64,000 nt of DNA, taken from positions 22,138 through 86,137 of the forward strand of contig NZ_JAYRUC010000022.1 in NCBI RefSeq assembly GCF_041919235.1. The letters run 5' to 3'. The notes under the pieces are model-generated. The model was not told the DNA's origin. It worked only from the letters and a program-made list of their open reading frames with translations, and did no database searches. This document shows, one piece after another, positions 29,026 through 38,525 of this stretch. A program made the position numbers and the translations under genes. Source of the DNA: Pandoraea sp. Lineage in GTDB: Bacteria > Pseudomonadota > Gammaproteobacteria > Burkholderiales > Burkholderiaceae. How positions within the stretch are numbered: position 1 is the first letter of the stretch; every line of letters begins with the position of its first letter.

Positions 29026-31374
29026 ATGAACACGCAAGTCGAAGGCTTCATGACGCAATCCGGTGCCAACGCAGCGGCCGGCGCACAGGTGGGCCGCTCG
29101 CGCGCGCACGAGTCCGCCGAACTCCACGTGGCCGGCGAAGCCACCTACACCGACGACATCCCCGAGGTGCAAGGCACGCTGCATTGCGCGCTCGGCGCGT
29201 CGCCCAGGGCGCACGCCCGCGTGCTCTCGCTCGACCTCGACGCCGTGCGCCGCGCGCCCGGTGTGGTCGCAGTGCTCACCGCCGCCGACATCCCCGGCGT
29301 GAACGACTGTGGCCCCGTCATTCACGACGACCCGATTCTCGCGGACGGCATCGTCCAGTACATCGGTCAGCCGATGTTCGCCGTGGTGGCGCAATCGCAC
29401 GACGCTGCCCGCCGCGCAGCGCGTCTGGCCAAGGGCGAATACGAAGACCTGCCCGCCCTCCTCACACCGCAGGCTGCCAAGGCAGCCGGTGCCGGCGTGT
29501 TGCCGCCCTATCACCTGCGCCGGGGCGACGCCGACGCCGCACTGCAAGCCGCACCGCACCGGCTGAGCGGCACCTTCGAATGCAACGGGCAGGAGCAGTT
29601 CTATCTCGAAGGGCAGATTTCGTATGCCATTCCGAAGGAAAACGACGGCATCCATGTCTATTGCTCGACGCAGCACCCGACCGAAATGCAGGCGCTCGTC
29701 TCGCATGCCCTCGGCTGGCACAGCCATCAGGTGCAAGTCGAATGCCGTCGCATGGGCGGCGGCTTCGGCGGCAAGGAATCGCAATCGGGCCTGTTTGCCT
29801 GTGTCGCCGCGCTCTGCGCCACGCGTCTGAAGCGCCCGGTGAAGCTGCGACTCGATCGCGACGACGACTTCATGATGACCGGCAAGCGCCACGGCTTCTA
29901 CTTCGAGTACGACGTCGGCTTCGACGACGACGGCCGCATCACGGGCGCGAAGGTCGACATGACGCTGCGCGCGGGCTTCTCTGCCGATCTGTCGGGACCG
30001 GTCGCCACGCGCGCCATCTGCCACTTCGACAATGCCTATTTCGTGCCCGATGCCGATCTGCGAGCGCTGTGCGGCAAGACCAACACGCAATCGAATACGG
30101 CGTTTCGCGGCTTTGGCGGCCCGCAGGGCGCGCTCATCATGGAGGTGGTGCAGGACGCCATCGCACGGCGTCTGGGCAAAGACGCGCTCGACGTTCGCCG
30201 CGTGAACTTCTACGGCAAGACCGAGCGCAACACCACACCGTACGGACAGGTCGTCAAGGACAACGTCATTCACGAGCTCGTGGCGCAACTGGAGCAAACC
30301 AGCGAGTACCGCGCGCGGCGCGACGCCGTGCGCGCGTTCAATCGCACGAGTCCGGTGCTGCGCAAGGGACTCGCGCTCACGCCGCTCAAGTTCGGGATCT
30401 CGTTCAACGTGCAGGCTTTCAATCAAGCCGGGGCGCTGGTGCACATCTATCGAGACGGCTCGATGCTGGTCAATCACGGCGGCACCGAGATGGGCCAGGG
30501 CCTGAACACGAAGGTCGCACAGGTGGTGGCGCACGAGCTGGGGGTCGACCTCTCGCATGTGCGTGTCACCGCGACCGACACCAGCAAGGTGGCGAATACG
30601 TCGGCCACCGCCGCCTCGACGGGCGCCGACCTCAACGGCAAGGCCGCGCAGAACGCCGCGTGGCAGATTCGCCAGCGTCTTGCCGCATTTGCAGCGCAGA
30701 CGTACGGCGGATCGGCCGACGATGTGTGCTTTGCCAACGACGTCGTCAGCGTGAACGGTCACACCATCCCCTTCCCCGATCTGGTGGAAGCGGCCTACTG
30801 GGCGCGCGTACAGCTATGGTCCGACGGCTTCTACGCCACGCCGGGCCTGTCGTGGGATGCCGCGTCCATGACCGGCCACCCGTTCTTCTACTTTGCCTAC
30901 GGGGCGGCCGTCTCCGAGGTGGTGCTCGACACGCTCACGGGCGAATGGCGTCTGCTGCGGGCCGACGTGTTGCACGACGCCGGCAAGTCGATCAACCCGG
31001 CGCTCGACATCGGGCAGGTCGAGGGCGCGTTCATTCAGGGCATGGGCTGGCTGACGACGGAAGAACTGTGGTGGAACAAGGAGGGCAAGCTCATGACGCA
31101 CGCACCGTCCACCTACAAGATCCCCGGCATCAGCGATTGTCCGACGGACTTCCGCGTGGCGCTGTTCGAGAACACGAACGTCGCCGACGCCATCCATCGC
31201 TCCAAAGCTGTCGGCGAGCCGCCGCTGCTGCTGCCGTTCTCGGTATTCAACGCGCTGCGCGATGCGGTGGCGAGCGTGAACGACTATCGCGACGAGCCGG
31301 TACTCAATGCGCCGGCCACGTCGGAAGCGCTGCTCATGGCGATCACCGAGCTGCGCACGCGCAGCGCCGCCTGA
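29026..31374 (+). CDS. xdhB: Xanthine dehydrogenase molybdopterin-binding subunit
   Basis: 783 aa with GGGFGGKE, FRGFGGPQG and KAVGEPPLLL motifs. Confidence 0.95.
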   Translation: MNTQVEGFMTQSGANAAAGAQVGRSRAHESAELHVAGEATYTDDIPEVQGTLHCALGASPRAHARVLSLDLDAVRRAPGVVAVLTAADIPGVNDCGPVIHDDPILADGIVQYIGQPMFAVVAQSHDAARRAARLAKGEYEDLPALLTPQAAKAAGAGVLPPYHLRRGDADAALQAAPHRLSGTFECNGQEQFYLEGQISYAIPKENDGIHVYCSTQHPTEMQALVSHALGWHSHQVQVECRRMGGGFGGKESQSGLFACVAALCATRLKRPVKLRLDRDDDFMMTGKRHGFYFEYDVGFDDDGRITGAKVDMTLRAGFSADLSGPVATRAICHFDNAYFVPDADLRALCGKTNTQSNTAFRGFGGPQGALIMEVVQDAIARRLGKDALDVRRVNFYGKTERNTTPYGQVVKDNVIHELVAQLEQTSEYRARRDAVRAFNRTSPVLRKGLALTPLKFGISFNVQAFNQAGALVHIYRDGSMLVNHGGTEMGQGLNTKVAQVVAHELGVDLSHVRVTATDTSKVANTSATAASTGADLNGKAAQNAAWQIRQRLAAFAAQTYGGSADDVCFANDVVSVNGHTIPFPDLVEAAYWARVQLWSDGFYATPGLSWDAASMTGHPFFYFAYGAAVSEVVLDTLTGEWRLLRADVLHDAGKSINPALDIGQVEGAFIQGMGWLTTEELWWNKEGKLMTHAPSTYKIPGISDCPTDFRVALFENTNVADAIHRSKAVGEPPLLLPFSVFNALRDAVASVNDYRDEPVLNAPATSEALLMAITELRTRSAA

Positions 31375-32453
31375 TGCATCGCTGGGTCGACGCCGCGCAC
31401 AAGCTGCTCGCCCGCGGCGAGGCGGCGGTACTGGTGACGATTGCGCGCGTGGAAGGCTCTGCGCCGCGCGAAGCAGGCACGCATCTGCTGGTGACGCGCG
31501 AGCACGTGTGGGAAACCATCGGCGGCGGCCATCTCGAATGGCGCGCAATGGACGTCGCGCGCCAGTTGCTGCGCCGGTACGCGCAGCAAGGCGCGCGGCA
31601 CGTCGAGCGCTTCGCCCTCGGCCCGAGCCTCGGACAATGCTGCGGCGGTGCCGTCACCCTCGCGTTCGAAGTCCTCACGCTGGCCGATCTGGCCTGGGTC
31701 AGCGCGCTGCACAAGCGGCTCGCGGCCGGCGAGGCCAGTCTGCGCAGCGTGGCCTTCGGGGCGCCGGGGGACGATGCCGCAGCGAGCCAGCAGCAAGGCG
31801 GCCCCGTCGTACTGACGGCGCTCGACGCGAACGAACCGCTGGCGCACCCCCACACGCTGACCCGCGACGCCGACGATGCCGCCTGCTCGTTCTGGCAAGG
31901 CAGCGACGGCTGGTTCTGGTTGAGCGAGCGTCTGGCACCCAGCGACTTTCATATCGTGCTGTTCGGCGCGGGACACGTCGGACAGGCCATCGTGCAGGTG
32001 CTGGCCACGCTGCCGTGCCGCGTGACCTGGGCCGACGAACGTCACGAAACATTCCCCGAGACGGTGCCGGCGAACACCGTCGTGGAATCGACGGACACAC
32101 CGGAGGCCGTTGTCACCGAAGCGCCGCCGGGAGCGTATTTTCTCGTCATGACGCATAACCACGCGCTGGATCAGCGTTTATGCGAGGCGATTTTCAAACG
32201 CGACGACTTTGCCTACTTCGGCTTAATCGGCTCGATGACCAAGCGCCGTCAGTTCGAGCATCGTCTGCGCGATCGCGGGGTGCCGCCCGAGCGCTTCGAG
32301 CAAATGATCTGCCCCATCGGCGTGGCCGGCATTACCGGCAAAGCACCGGCGACCATCGCGATTGCTGTCGCCGCACAACTGTTGCGTGTACGCGAGCAGC
32401 AGATGCGCCCAAACACCCCTGCACCGTCGCACGATACCGGCGTCACCCTCTGA
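31374..32453 (+). CDS. xdhC: Xanthine dehydrogenase accessory/maturation protein XdhC
   Basis: The start overlaps the xdhB stop (TGATG). Contains LVTIARVEGSAPREAGT...GGGHLE...LFGAGHVGQA. It is the last third of the fused track ORF 29184..32453. Confidence 0.85.
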   Translation: MHRWVDAAHKLLARGEAAVLVTIARVEGSAPREAGTHLLVTREHVWETIGGGHLEWRAMDVARQLLRRYAQQGARHVERFALGPSLGQCCGGAVTLAFEVLTLADLAWVSALHKRLAAGEASLRSVAFGAPGDDAAASQQQGGPVVLTALDANEPLAHPHTLTRDADDAACSFWQGSDGWFWLSERLAPSDFHIVLFGAGHVGQAIVQVLATLPCRVTWADERHETFPETVPANTVVESTDTPEAVVTEAPPGAYFLVMTHNHALDQRLCEAIFKRDDFAYFGLIGSMTKRRQFEHRLRDRGVPPERFEQMICPIGVAGITGKAPATIAIAVAAQLLRVREQQMRPNTPAPSHDTGVTL

Positions 32454-32531
32454 AGCCGGCCGGGCGAGTGCGTGACCGGCGTTCGCCGACGACGGTAGAA
32501 TCCCGCCCATCCCCCTCAACTCGAACTCTCC

Positions 32532-33572
32532 ATGCCACTCACGCCAGAACTCGCCAAGACCCTTTGCGCCATGCCCAAGGCGGAGCTGCATCTGCATATC
32601 GAGGGCACGCTGGAGCCCGAACTGATCTTCCGGCTCGCCGAGCGAAACGGCGTCACGCTGCCGTATCCGAGCGTGCAAGCGCTGCGCGCCGCCTACGCCT
32701 TCACCGATCTGCAGTCGTTCCTGGACATCTACTACGCCGGCGCGAGCGTCTTGCTCACCGAAGCAGATTTCTACGACATGACGCGGGCCTATCTGGCGCG
32801 TGCGCTCATCGATAACATCCGTCACACGGAGATCTTTTTCGATCCGCAGACGCACACGGCGCGCGGCGTTTCGATGGCGACGGTCGTGGGCGGCATCGAA
32901 CGCGCGCTGGCCGAAGCGCAGGCGCAGCACGGCATCACAAGCCGGATGATTCTTTGCTTCCTGCGTCATTTGTCCGAAGAAGACGCCCTGCAAACGCTGG
33001 AAACGGCGCTACCGTATTTCAACACCCTCGGACACCGGCTAGTCGGCGTGGGACTCGATTCGTCCGAGCAGGGAAACCCGCCCGCCAAATTCGCCCGCGT
33101 GTTCGAGCGTTGCCGCGCGCTGGGTCTGCACATCGTGGCGCATGCCGGGGAAGAAGGACCGCCCGCGTATATCCACGAGGCGCTCGACACGCTGCACGTC
33201 GAGCGCGTGGATCATGGCGTACGCGCCATCGAAGACGACGCGCTGCTCGAGCGCCTGGCCCGCGAGAAGATCGCGTTGACGGTATGCCCGCTGTCGAACG
33301 TGCGCCTCAAAGTGTTCGACGACATGGGGAAACACACGCTGCACGCGCTGCTCAAGCGCGGATTGGCGGTGACGATCAACTCGGACGATCCCGCCTACTT
33401 CGGCGGCTATCTGAACGACAACTTCCTGGCGACGTTCGATGCGCTCGACATGACGCTCGAGGACGCTTACACGATGGCAAGGAACAGCTTCGAGGCCTCG
33501 TTCATCGACGATAGCGAAAAGCGCCGTCTGGTGGGCGAACTTGAACGCTTCCGTGCTGCGCAGGCGAGTTAG
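32532..33572 (+). CDS. add: Adenosine/adenine deaminase family protein
   Basis: Contains [16 protein letters not shown]...HAGEEG...SDDPAYFG. Confidence 0.85.
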   Translation: MPLTPELAKTLCAMPKAELHLHIEGTLEPELIFRLAERNGVTLPYPSVQALRAAYAFTDLQSFLDIYYAGASVLLTEADFYDMTRAYLARALIDNIRHTEIFFDPQTHTARGVSMATVVGGIERALAEAQAQHGITSRMILCFLRHLSEEDALQTLETALPYFNTLGHRLVGVGLDSSEQGNPPAKFARVFERCRALGLHIVAHAGEEGPPAYIHEALDTLHVERVDHGVRAIEDDALLERLAREKIALTVCPLSNVRLKVFDDMGKHTLHALLKRGLAVTINSDDPAYFGGYLNDNFLATFDALDMTLEDAYTMARNSFEASFIDDSEKRRLVGELERFRAAQAS

Positions 33573-33609
33573 CGCTCGGTCCGCCTGCCGCCCCGCCTTC
33601 TCGCTGAAA

Positions 33610-33637
33610 CGCCCGAACATCTTTCGGGCGTTTTTTT
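33610..33637 (+). terminator. Rho-independent terminator after add
   Basis: cgcccgaa-catct-ttcgggcg followed by T7. Confidence 0.85.
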
Positions 33638-33835
33638 GTGTCCGCGCAAGCCAGGGTGCCTCGCCCGGCACTTCGCCACATTAGCTCGCGATGATGAGGA
33701 ACATTCCACTTGAGGAATATTTTCCTCCGGACCCGATGCTATTTTTTGAGCGTGCCCAGATAGGCGTCACGCGGTGCCCCCACACCTGCAACGTCGAGCA
33801 CACACAACACCTTAGAACATCGGAGACAACACCCC

Positions 33836-35260
33836 ATGGACTCATCGCTCAGCCCCCCGGCGGGTCGTGCCGCGCCCGACGCGATTCTCGACAACACGCG
33901 CGTGGCGGGCGCGCAACCTGTCTCGACGCTCGACCGATATTTCGGTATCACAGCGCTCGGATCGACGTTCCGCACGGAAGTCATCGCGGGCATCACGACA
34001 TTTCTCGCGGCGATGTACATCATCGTCGTCAACCCGGCCATTCTGTCGAAAACCGGCATGGCGTTCCCTGCGGCGCTCACCGCCACCGTGCTCATCAGCT
34101 TCTTCGGCAGTTGTGCGATGGGACTCTACGCGCGCAATCCGGTGCTGGTCGCACCGGGCATGGGACTCAACGCGCTGTTCGCATTCACGATGGTGCATGG
34201 CGTCGGCATGCCGTGGCAGACGGCGCTCGGCTGCGTGTTCTGGTCGGGCATTCTCTTCGCACTGCTCGCCGCGCTCAATGTGCGACGCTTCGTCGTCGAG
34301 GCGATTCCGGCGAATCTGCGCTACGCGATCTCGTGTGGCATCGGCCTGTTCATCACCGTGATCGGGCTCGTCAATGCCAAGCTCGTGGTGAGCGACCCGG
34401 TCACGGTCGTGCGTCTGGCCCACTTGTCGCCACCGACCGTCACCTTCCTCATCGGGCTGGCGCTCACGACCGTGCTCGTCGCGCGGCGCGTGAACGGTGC
34501 GCTGATGATCGGCATCGTCGCCACCACGCTCATGGCCATTCCCATTGGCCGACTGTGGGGCAACGGCAGCGCGTACTTCCCCAAGGAACTCGCCACGGCC
34601 ACGCTGGTGAACTTCCAGGGTTTCTTCGCGGCGCCCGACTTTTCGGGCATCGGCCAGCTCGACCTGCTGGGCGCGCTGAAGGTCGCGTACCTGCCGTTCA
34701 TCTTCGTGATGCTCTTCACGGCATTCTTTGATACGCTCTCGACCTTCATGAGCATTGCCGAAGCCGGTAACATGAAGGACCGCGACGGCAATCCCCGCAA
34801 TATGCGCCAGGCCATGATCGTCGATTCGTTCTCGGTGCTGATCTCCGGCCCACTCGGCACGAGCCCGGCGAACGCCTACATCGAATCGGCGGCCGGCATT
34901 GCGCAAGGGGGACGCACCGGGCTGACTGCCGTCGTATGCGCCCTGCTGTTCCTGCCGTTCCTGTTCGTGTCGCCGATGCTCTCGCTGGTGCCCGCCATCG
35001 CAACCGCGCCGGCCCTGATTCTCGTCGGCGTGTTCATGATGGAATCGGTGGCGCGCATCGAATGGCACCGCATGGATGAGGCGATCCCGAGCTTCATCGC
35101 AGTTGTGATGATTCCGATTTCGTATTCGATCACGGACGGCATCGCTTACAGTTTCCTCGCGTTCGTCGTGCTCAAGCTGTTCACCGGGCGTGTGAAGGAG
35201 ATCAAGCCGGCGATGTGGATCGTCGCCGCGCTGGCAGTGCTGCTGCTCACGCAAATGTAA
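33836..35260 (+). CDS. NCS2/AzgA-type purine (adenine/guanine/hypoxanthine) permease
   Basis: Contains LDRYFGITALGSTFRTEVIAGITTFLAAMYIIVVNP. Multi-TM. Confidence 0.9.
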   Translation: MDSSLSPPAGRAAPDAILDNTRVAGAQPVSTLDRYFGITALGSTFRTEVIAGITTFLAAMYIIVVNPAILSKTGMAFPAALTATVLISFFGSCAMGLYARNPVLVAPGMGLNALFAFTMVHGVGMPWQTALGCVFWSGILFALLAALNVRRFVVEAIPANLRYAISCGIGLFITVIGLVNAKLVVSDPVTVVRLAHLSPPTVTFLIGLALTTVLVARRVNGALMIGIVATTLMAIPIGRLWGNGSAYFPKELATATLVNFQGFFAAPDFSGIGQLDLLGALKVAYLPFIFVMLFTAFFDTLSTFMSIAEAGNMKDRDGNPRNMRQAMIVDSFSVLISGPLGTSPANAYIESAAGIAQGGRTGLTAVVCALLFLPFLFVSPMLSLVPAIATAPALILVGVFMMESVARIEWHRMDEAIPSFIAVVMIPISYSITDGIAYSFLAFVVLKLFTGRVKEIKPAMWIVAALAVLLLTQM

Positions 35261-35278
35261 CAACAGAAGGCCCTGTAC

Positions 35279-36607
35279 ATGTCCACGACAACCGAAGCCC
35301 TGCGCGCCGTGCGCGCGCAACTGGTCTACTTCACGCACGACCCCGCGCGTGCCTCGCTCGACGGCACGCCCGGCACCGTGCACCATACCGACGGTGTCGT
35401 CGCGTTCGAGAACGGCCGCATCACCGCCGTCGGAGACTACGCGAAGGTGGTCCCGACACTGCCGCAAGGCACCGCTATCGAGGATCTGCGCGACAAGATC
35501 GTCACGCCCGGCTTCATCGACACACACATCCACTATCCGCAGACGGATATGATCGCGTCGCCCGCGCCGGGGCTGCTCCCCTGGCTCGAGAAGTACACCT
35601 TTCCGACCGAGCGCCGCTTCGAGAATCCGGCGTATGCCGCCGACGTCGCCGAGTTCTTCCTCGACGAGTTGCTGCGCGGCGGCACCACGAGCGCCATGGT
35701 GTACTGCACGGTGCATCCCGGCTCGGCCGACGCGTTTTTCAAGGCCAGCGATGCGCGCAACCTGCGCATGATCGCCGGCAAGGTGATGATGGATCGCAAC
35801 TGCCCGACGTTCCTGCGCGACACGGCCGAGAGCGGCGCACGCGACAGCGAGGCACTGATTCAGCGCTGGCACAACAAGGGTCGCCAGCTCTATGCGCTCA
35901 CGCCGCGCTTCGCACCGACGTCGACCGAAGCCCAGTTGGGCGTGTGCGGCGAACTTGCCGGGCAGTATCAAGACGTCTTCATTCAAAGCCATGTGGCCGA
36001 GAATACCGACGAAGTCGAATGGGTGCGCTCGCTCTTCCCTGGCCACCGCAGCTATCTCGACGTGTACGACCACTACAAGCTGCTGCGCAAGCGAGCCGTA
36101 TACGGCCATTGCATCTGGCTCGACGAGCATGACCGTCGCCGCATGTTCGAGACGGGCACCGTCGCCGCGCATTGCCCAACATCGAACCAGTTCCTGGGCA
36201 GCGGCCTGTTCGACTTCGCGGCCGCCGAGGCGAGCCGCATGCCCGTGACGCTCGCGACCGACGTGGGCGGCGGATCGACCTTCTCGATGCTCCAGACGAT
36301 GAACGAAGCGCACAAGGTGGCGCGCCTGTCGGGCTATCACCTCTCGGCCGAACGCATGTTCTATCTGGCTACCGAGGGCGCCGCGCACGCGCTGGATCTG
36401 CACGGCACCATCGGCACGCTCGCCGTAGGTGCAGAGGCCGATTTCGTGGTGCTCGACCCGAAGGCCACGCCGCTGCTCGCACGTCGCACGGCACTGGCCG
36501 AATCGCTCGAAGAACTGCTGTTCGCCTTCGCCATGCTCGGCGACGACCGTGCCATCGCGACCACCTACGCCGCCGGCAAGCCGGTACATCGTCGCGCAAC
36601 CCACTGA
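35279..36607 (+). CDS. guaD: Guanine deaminase
   Basis: Contains PGFIDTHIHYPQTDMI...LPWLEKYTFPTE...HVAEN... Confidence 0.9.
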   Translation: MSTTTEALRAVRAQLVYFTHDPARASLDGTPGTVHHTDGVVAFENGRITAVGDYAKVVPTLPQGTAIEDLRDKIVTPGFIDTHIHYPQTDMIASPAPGLLPWLEKYTFPTERRFENPAYAADVAEFFLDELLRGGTTSAMVYCTVHPGSADAFFKASDARNLRMIAGKVMMDRNCPTFLRDTAESGARDSEALIQRWHNKGRQLYALTPRFAPTSTEAQLGVCGELAGQYQDVFIQSHVAENTDEVEWVRSLFPGHRSYLDVYDHYKLLRKRAVYGHCIWLDEHDRRRMFETGTVAAHCPTSNQFLGSGLFDFAAAEASRMPVTLATDVGGGSTFSMLQTMNEAHKVARLSGYHLSAERMFYLATEGAAHALDLHGTIGTLAVGAEADFVVLDPKATPLLARRTALAESLEELLFAFAMLGDDRAIATTYAAGKPVHRRATH

Positions 36608-36711
36608 CGCCTCGTGTTACGCGAGAGAACGCGCGCCGTCGCCTCGGCTCGACGCGCATTCCCTCGCGGTCACCGGCCGCGCGCAAGGGGCATGCGGCCG
36701 GGGATCTCCTT

Positions 36712-36737
36712 GGGCAGCCGCTGGGCTGCCCTTTTTT
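36712..36737 (+). terminator. Rho-independent terminator after guaD
   Basis: gggcagcc-gctg-ggctgccc followed by T6. Confidence 0.85.
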
Positions 36738-36784
36738 CCTTGCGCCACGCTTGCCTGTCACACCGCGGATGCTATAATCCGCTC

Positions 36785-36950
36785 CGATTCATTGGGGAGT
36801 AGCCGCCCTGTCGTAGACGGTAGTCTTCGGCAGGGGCGTACGTCAACAGACTTGGCCGATTCCGGCTATGGCGTGCGCAGCCCTCGGGCCTGGCGAGACC
36901 GATGACGATGCTTCCGCCACCCGGGCCGGGACGCATTGTCATTGGCTCGC
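36785..36950 (+). promoter_or_regulatory. yybP-ykoY (manganese) riboswitch
   Basis: Conserved blocks ttggggagtagc ... gtcaacagac ... ggcgagaccg ... cattgtcattgg are read directly. tataat at 36773 lies upstream, and a UPF0016 exporter gene lies downstream. Confidence 0.8.
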
Positions 36951-36980
36951 AAAATTCACGGCCCGGCGGAGATATAACAG

Positions 36981-37538
36981 GTGTCCCCATTCCTCGTCTC
37001 GACCGGTGTGGTCGCGCTCGCCGAAATCGGCGATAAAACCCAACTGCTGTCCCTCGTCCTCGCCGCGCGCTTCAAGAAGCCCGTGCCGATCATTCTCGGC
37101 ATTCTCGTCGCGACTCTCGTCAATCACGGCTTTGCCGGCGCTGTCGGCGAATGGCTGTCCACGGCGATCAGCCCGGCTGTCATGAAGTGGGCCATCGTCG
37201 CATCGTTCCTCGGCATGGCAATCTGGATCCTCATTCCCGACAAGCTCGACGAGGAAGAGTCCACCACACGACGCAAGTTCGGCGTGTTCGCGACGACCGT
37301 CTTCACGTTCTTCATCGCGGAGATGGGCGACAAGACGCAGATCGCCACGGTCATGCTCGCGGCGCGCTATCAGGACTTCTTCGGCGTTGTGGCCGGCACC
37401 ACGCTCGGCATGATGCTGGCCAACGTGCCGGCCGTGTTCCTGGGCCACAAATTCGCCGGCCGCCTGCCGACCCGGGCTGTGCACGCCGTCGCCGCCGTGA
37501 TCTTCGCAGTACTCGCCATCGTCACGTTGATGCAGTAA
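36981..37538 (+). CDS. TMEM165/GDT1 (UPF0016) family Mn2+ exporter
   Basis: Two E-x-G-D-(KR)-T motifs (AEIGDKTQ, AEMGDKTQ). GTG start. Confidence 0.85.
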   Translation: MSPFLVSTGVVALAEIGDKTQLLSLVLAARFKKPVPIILGILVATLVNHGFAGAVGEWLSTAISPAVMKWAIVASFLGMAIWILIPDKLDEEESTTRRKFGVFATTVFTFFIAEMGDKTQIATVMLAARYQDFFGVVAGTTLGMMLANVPAVFLGHKFAGRLPTRAVHAVAAVIFAVLAIVTLMQ

Positions 37539-37715
37539 ACGCCAAACGCCGGAGTGACGCGCGCGTTCAAACAACGCCCGGCGCTACTCCGGCGCTACTC
37601 TTGTATTTCTCCTGCGCTACTCCTGCATTACGCCTGCATTACGCCGCCATTACTCCGGGCACTACTGCGGCATTACTTCGGCATAAGGTGGCTGTCTGCC
37701 GTATGCCTGTATGCC

Positions 37716-38324
37716 TTATTGCCCGACCTTCTGCTGAACATTGACCGTGCGCCCGCTCGGGAACGGCAACTGCCTGAGCGCCGCGTCGATCAGGTACGGC
37801 ATGGCCGAGGCGAGCGACGTGCCCGCGTCACTGGTATTGGCCTGCACGCGGTACACCTCCTTGCCGCTCGCGCGGTCCGTGAAGCGCAACTGCAACTCGG
37901 CGAGCCCATACGGATAATCGCGCTCGATGTACGCGGGCGGCGCACCGTACGGATAGCCGTACCAGCCCCACGGACGCCCCCACGGCCCCCACGGACCGGG
38001 GGCGAACATCGGATCGTAGGCCGGTTCGGCCACGCGCATCACCTGCTGGGTGATGCGGTAGGTCATCCCGATCAGGTAGTGCGCGCTCGACGGACTCTGC
38101 TCATTGAAGCCGTCTCCCGCCAGACGCGTGCGCAACCAACGCTCGTAAGTCGCGTGCTCCAGATTGTTCTGCTGTTCCGGTGTGCGCGTGAGCGCGTAAG
38201 TCCGTGGACCTTCGAAGCCCGGTGAATCGCCGAACGCGGTCACCTGACTCGTTACCGTGCTGGCACAGCCCGCCAGCAACACGCTGGCGACGGCCAACGT
38301 CGCCATTGCCCATCGTTTCCACAT
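37716..38324 (-). CDS. Lipoprotein (DUF4136-like)
   Basis: MWKRWAMATLAVASVLLAGC lipobox, with GGAGCAG upstream. Only the last 202 codons of the 816-aa track ORF are protein-like. Confidence 0.7.
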   Translation of the reverse strand: MWKRWAMATLAVASVLLAGCASTVTSQVTAFGDSPGFEGPRTYALTRTPEQQNNLEHATYERWLRTRLAGDGFNEQSPSSAHYLIGMTYRITQQVMRVAEPAYDPMFAPGPWGPWGRPWGWYGYPYGAPPAYIERDYPYGLAELQLRFTDRASGKEVYRVQANTSDAGTSLASAMPYLIDAALRQLPFPSGRTVNVQQKVGQ

Positions 38325-38525
38325 GATCGACTGCTCCAGAGAAAGGCCGGGCGCACCGATGCACGCCGCTCGCGCCGATTTAAGCATAGGATGGCGCCCC
38401 GCGCACATCCCAGTCATTGGACTGATCGCACCCACGCAAAATTCAGCAAATCGCTCGCTTGAACGCGAAGCCGCCGCCACTCCGTTACAATTTGTGAATT
38501 CCTGGCCGTCCGCGAAACACCGTCC

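Noticed and set aside
28990-30762. 590-aa minus-strand ORF inside xdhB, and similar ORFs 27468..28190, 28230..29144 and 31284..32162
   Set aside because: They are shadow ORFs antisense to the xdh genes. None has a recognisable motif or SD.
29184-31373. The first two-thirds of the 1089-aa plus-strand ORF 29184..32453
   Set aside because: It is out of frame with xdhB and Arg-rich. Only the portion from the ATG at 31374 (MHRWVDAAHKLLARGEAAVLVTIARVEGS...) is XdhC-like.
33842-36604. 920-aa minus-strand ORF spanning the purine permease and guaD
   Set aside because: It crosses two well-supported plus-strand genes and an intergenic gap. Its composition (R/H/E/D runs) is non-protein-like. It is a high-GC shadow ORF.
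37555-37700. Degenerate short repeats (gcgctactcc, ctgcattacgc x2, cattact...) between convergent genes
   Set aside because: They are too irregular to define a unit or structure, and the stretch lies in a convergent 3' intergenic region. I note it as low-complexity sequence only.
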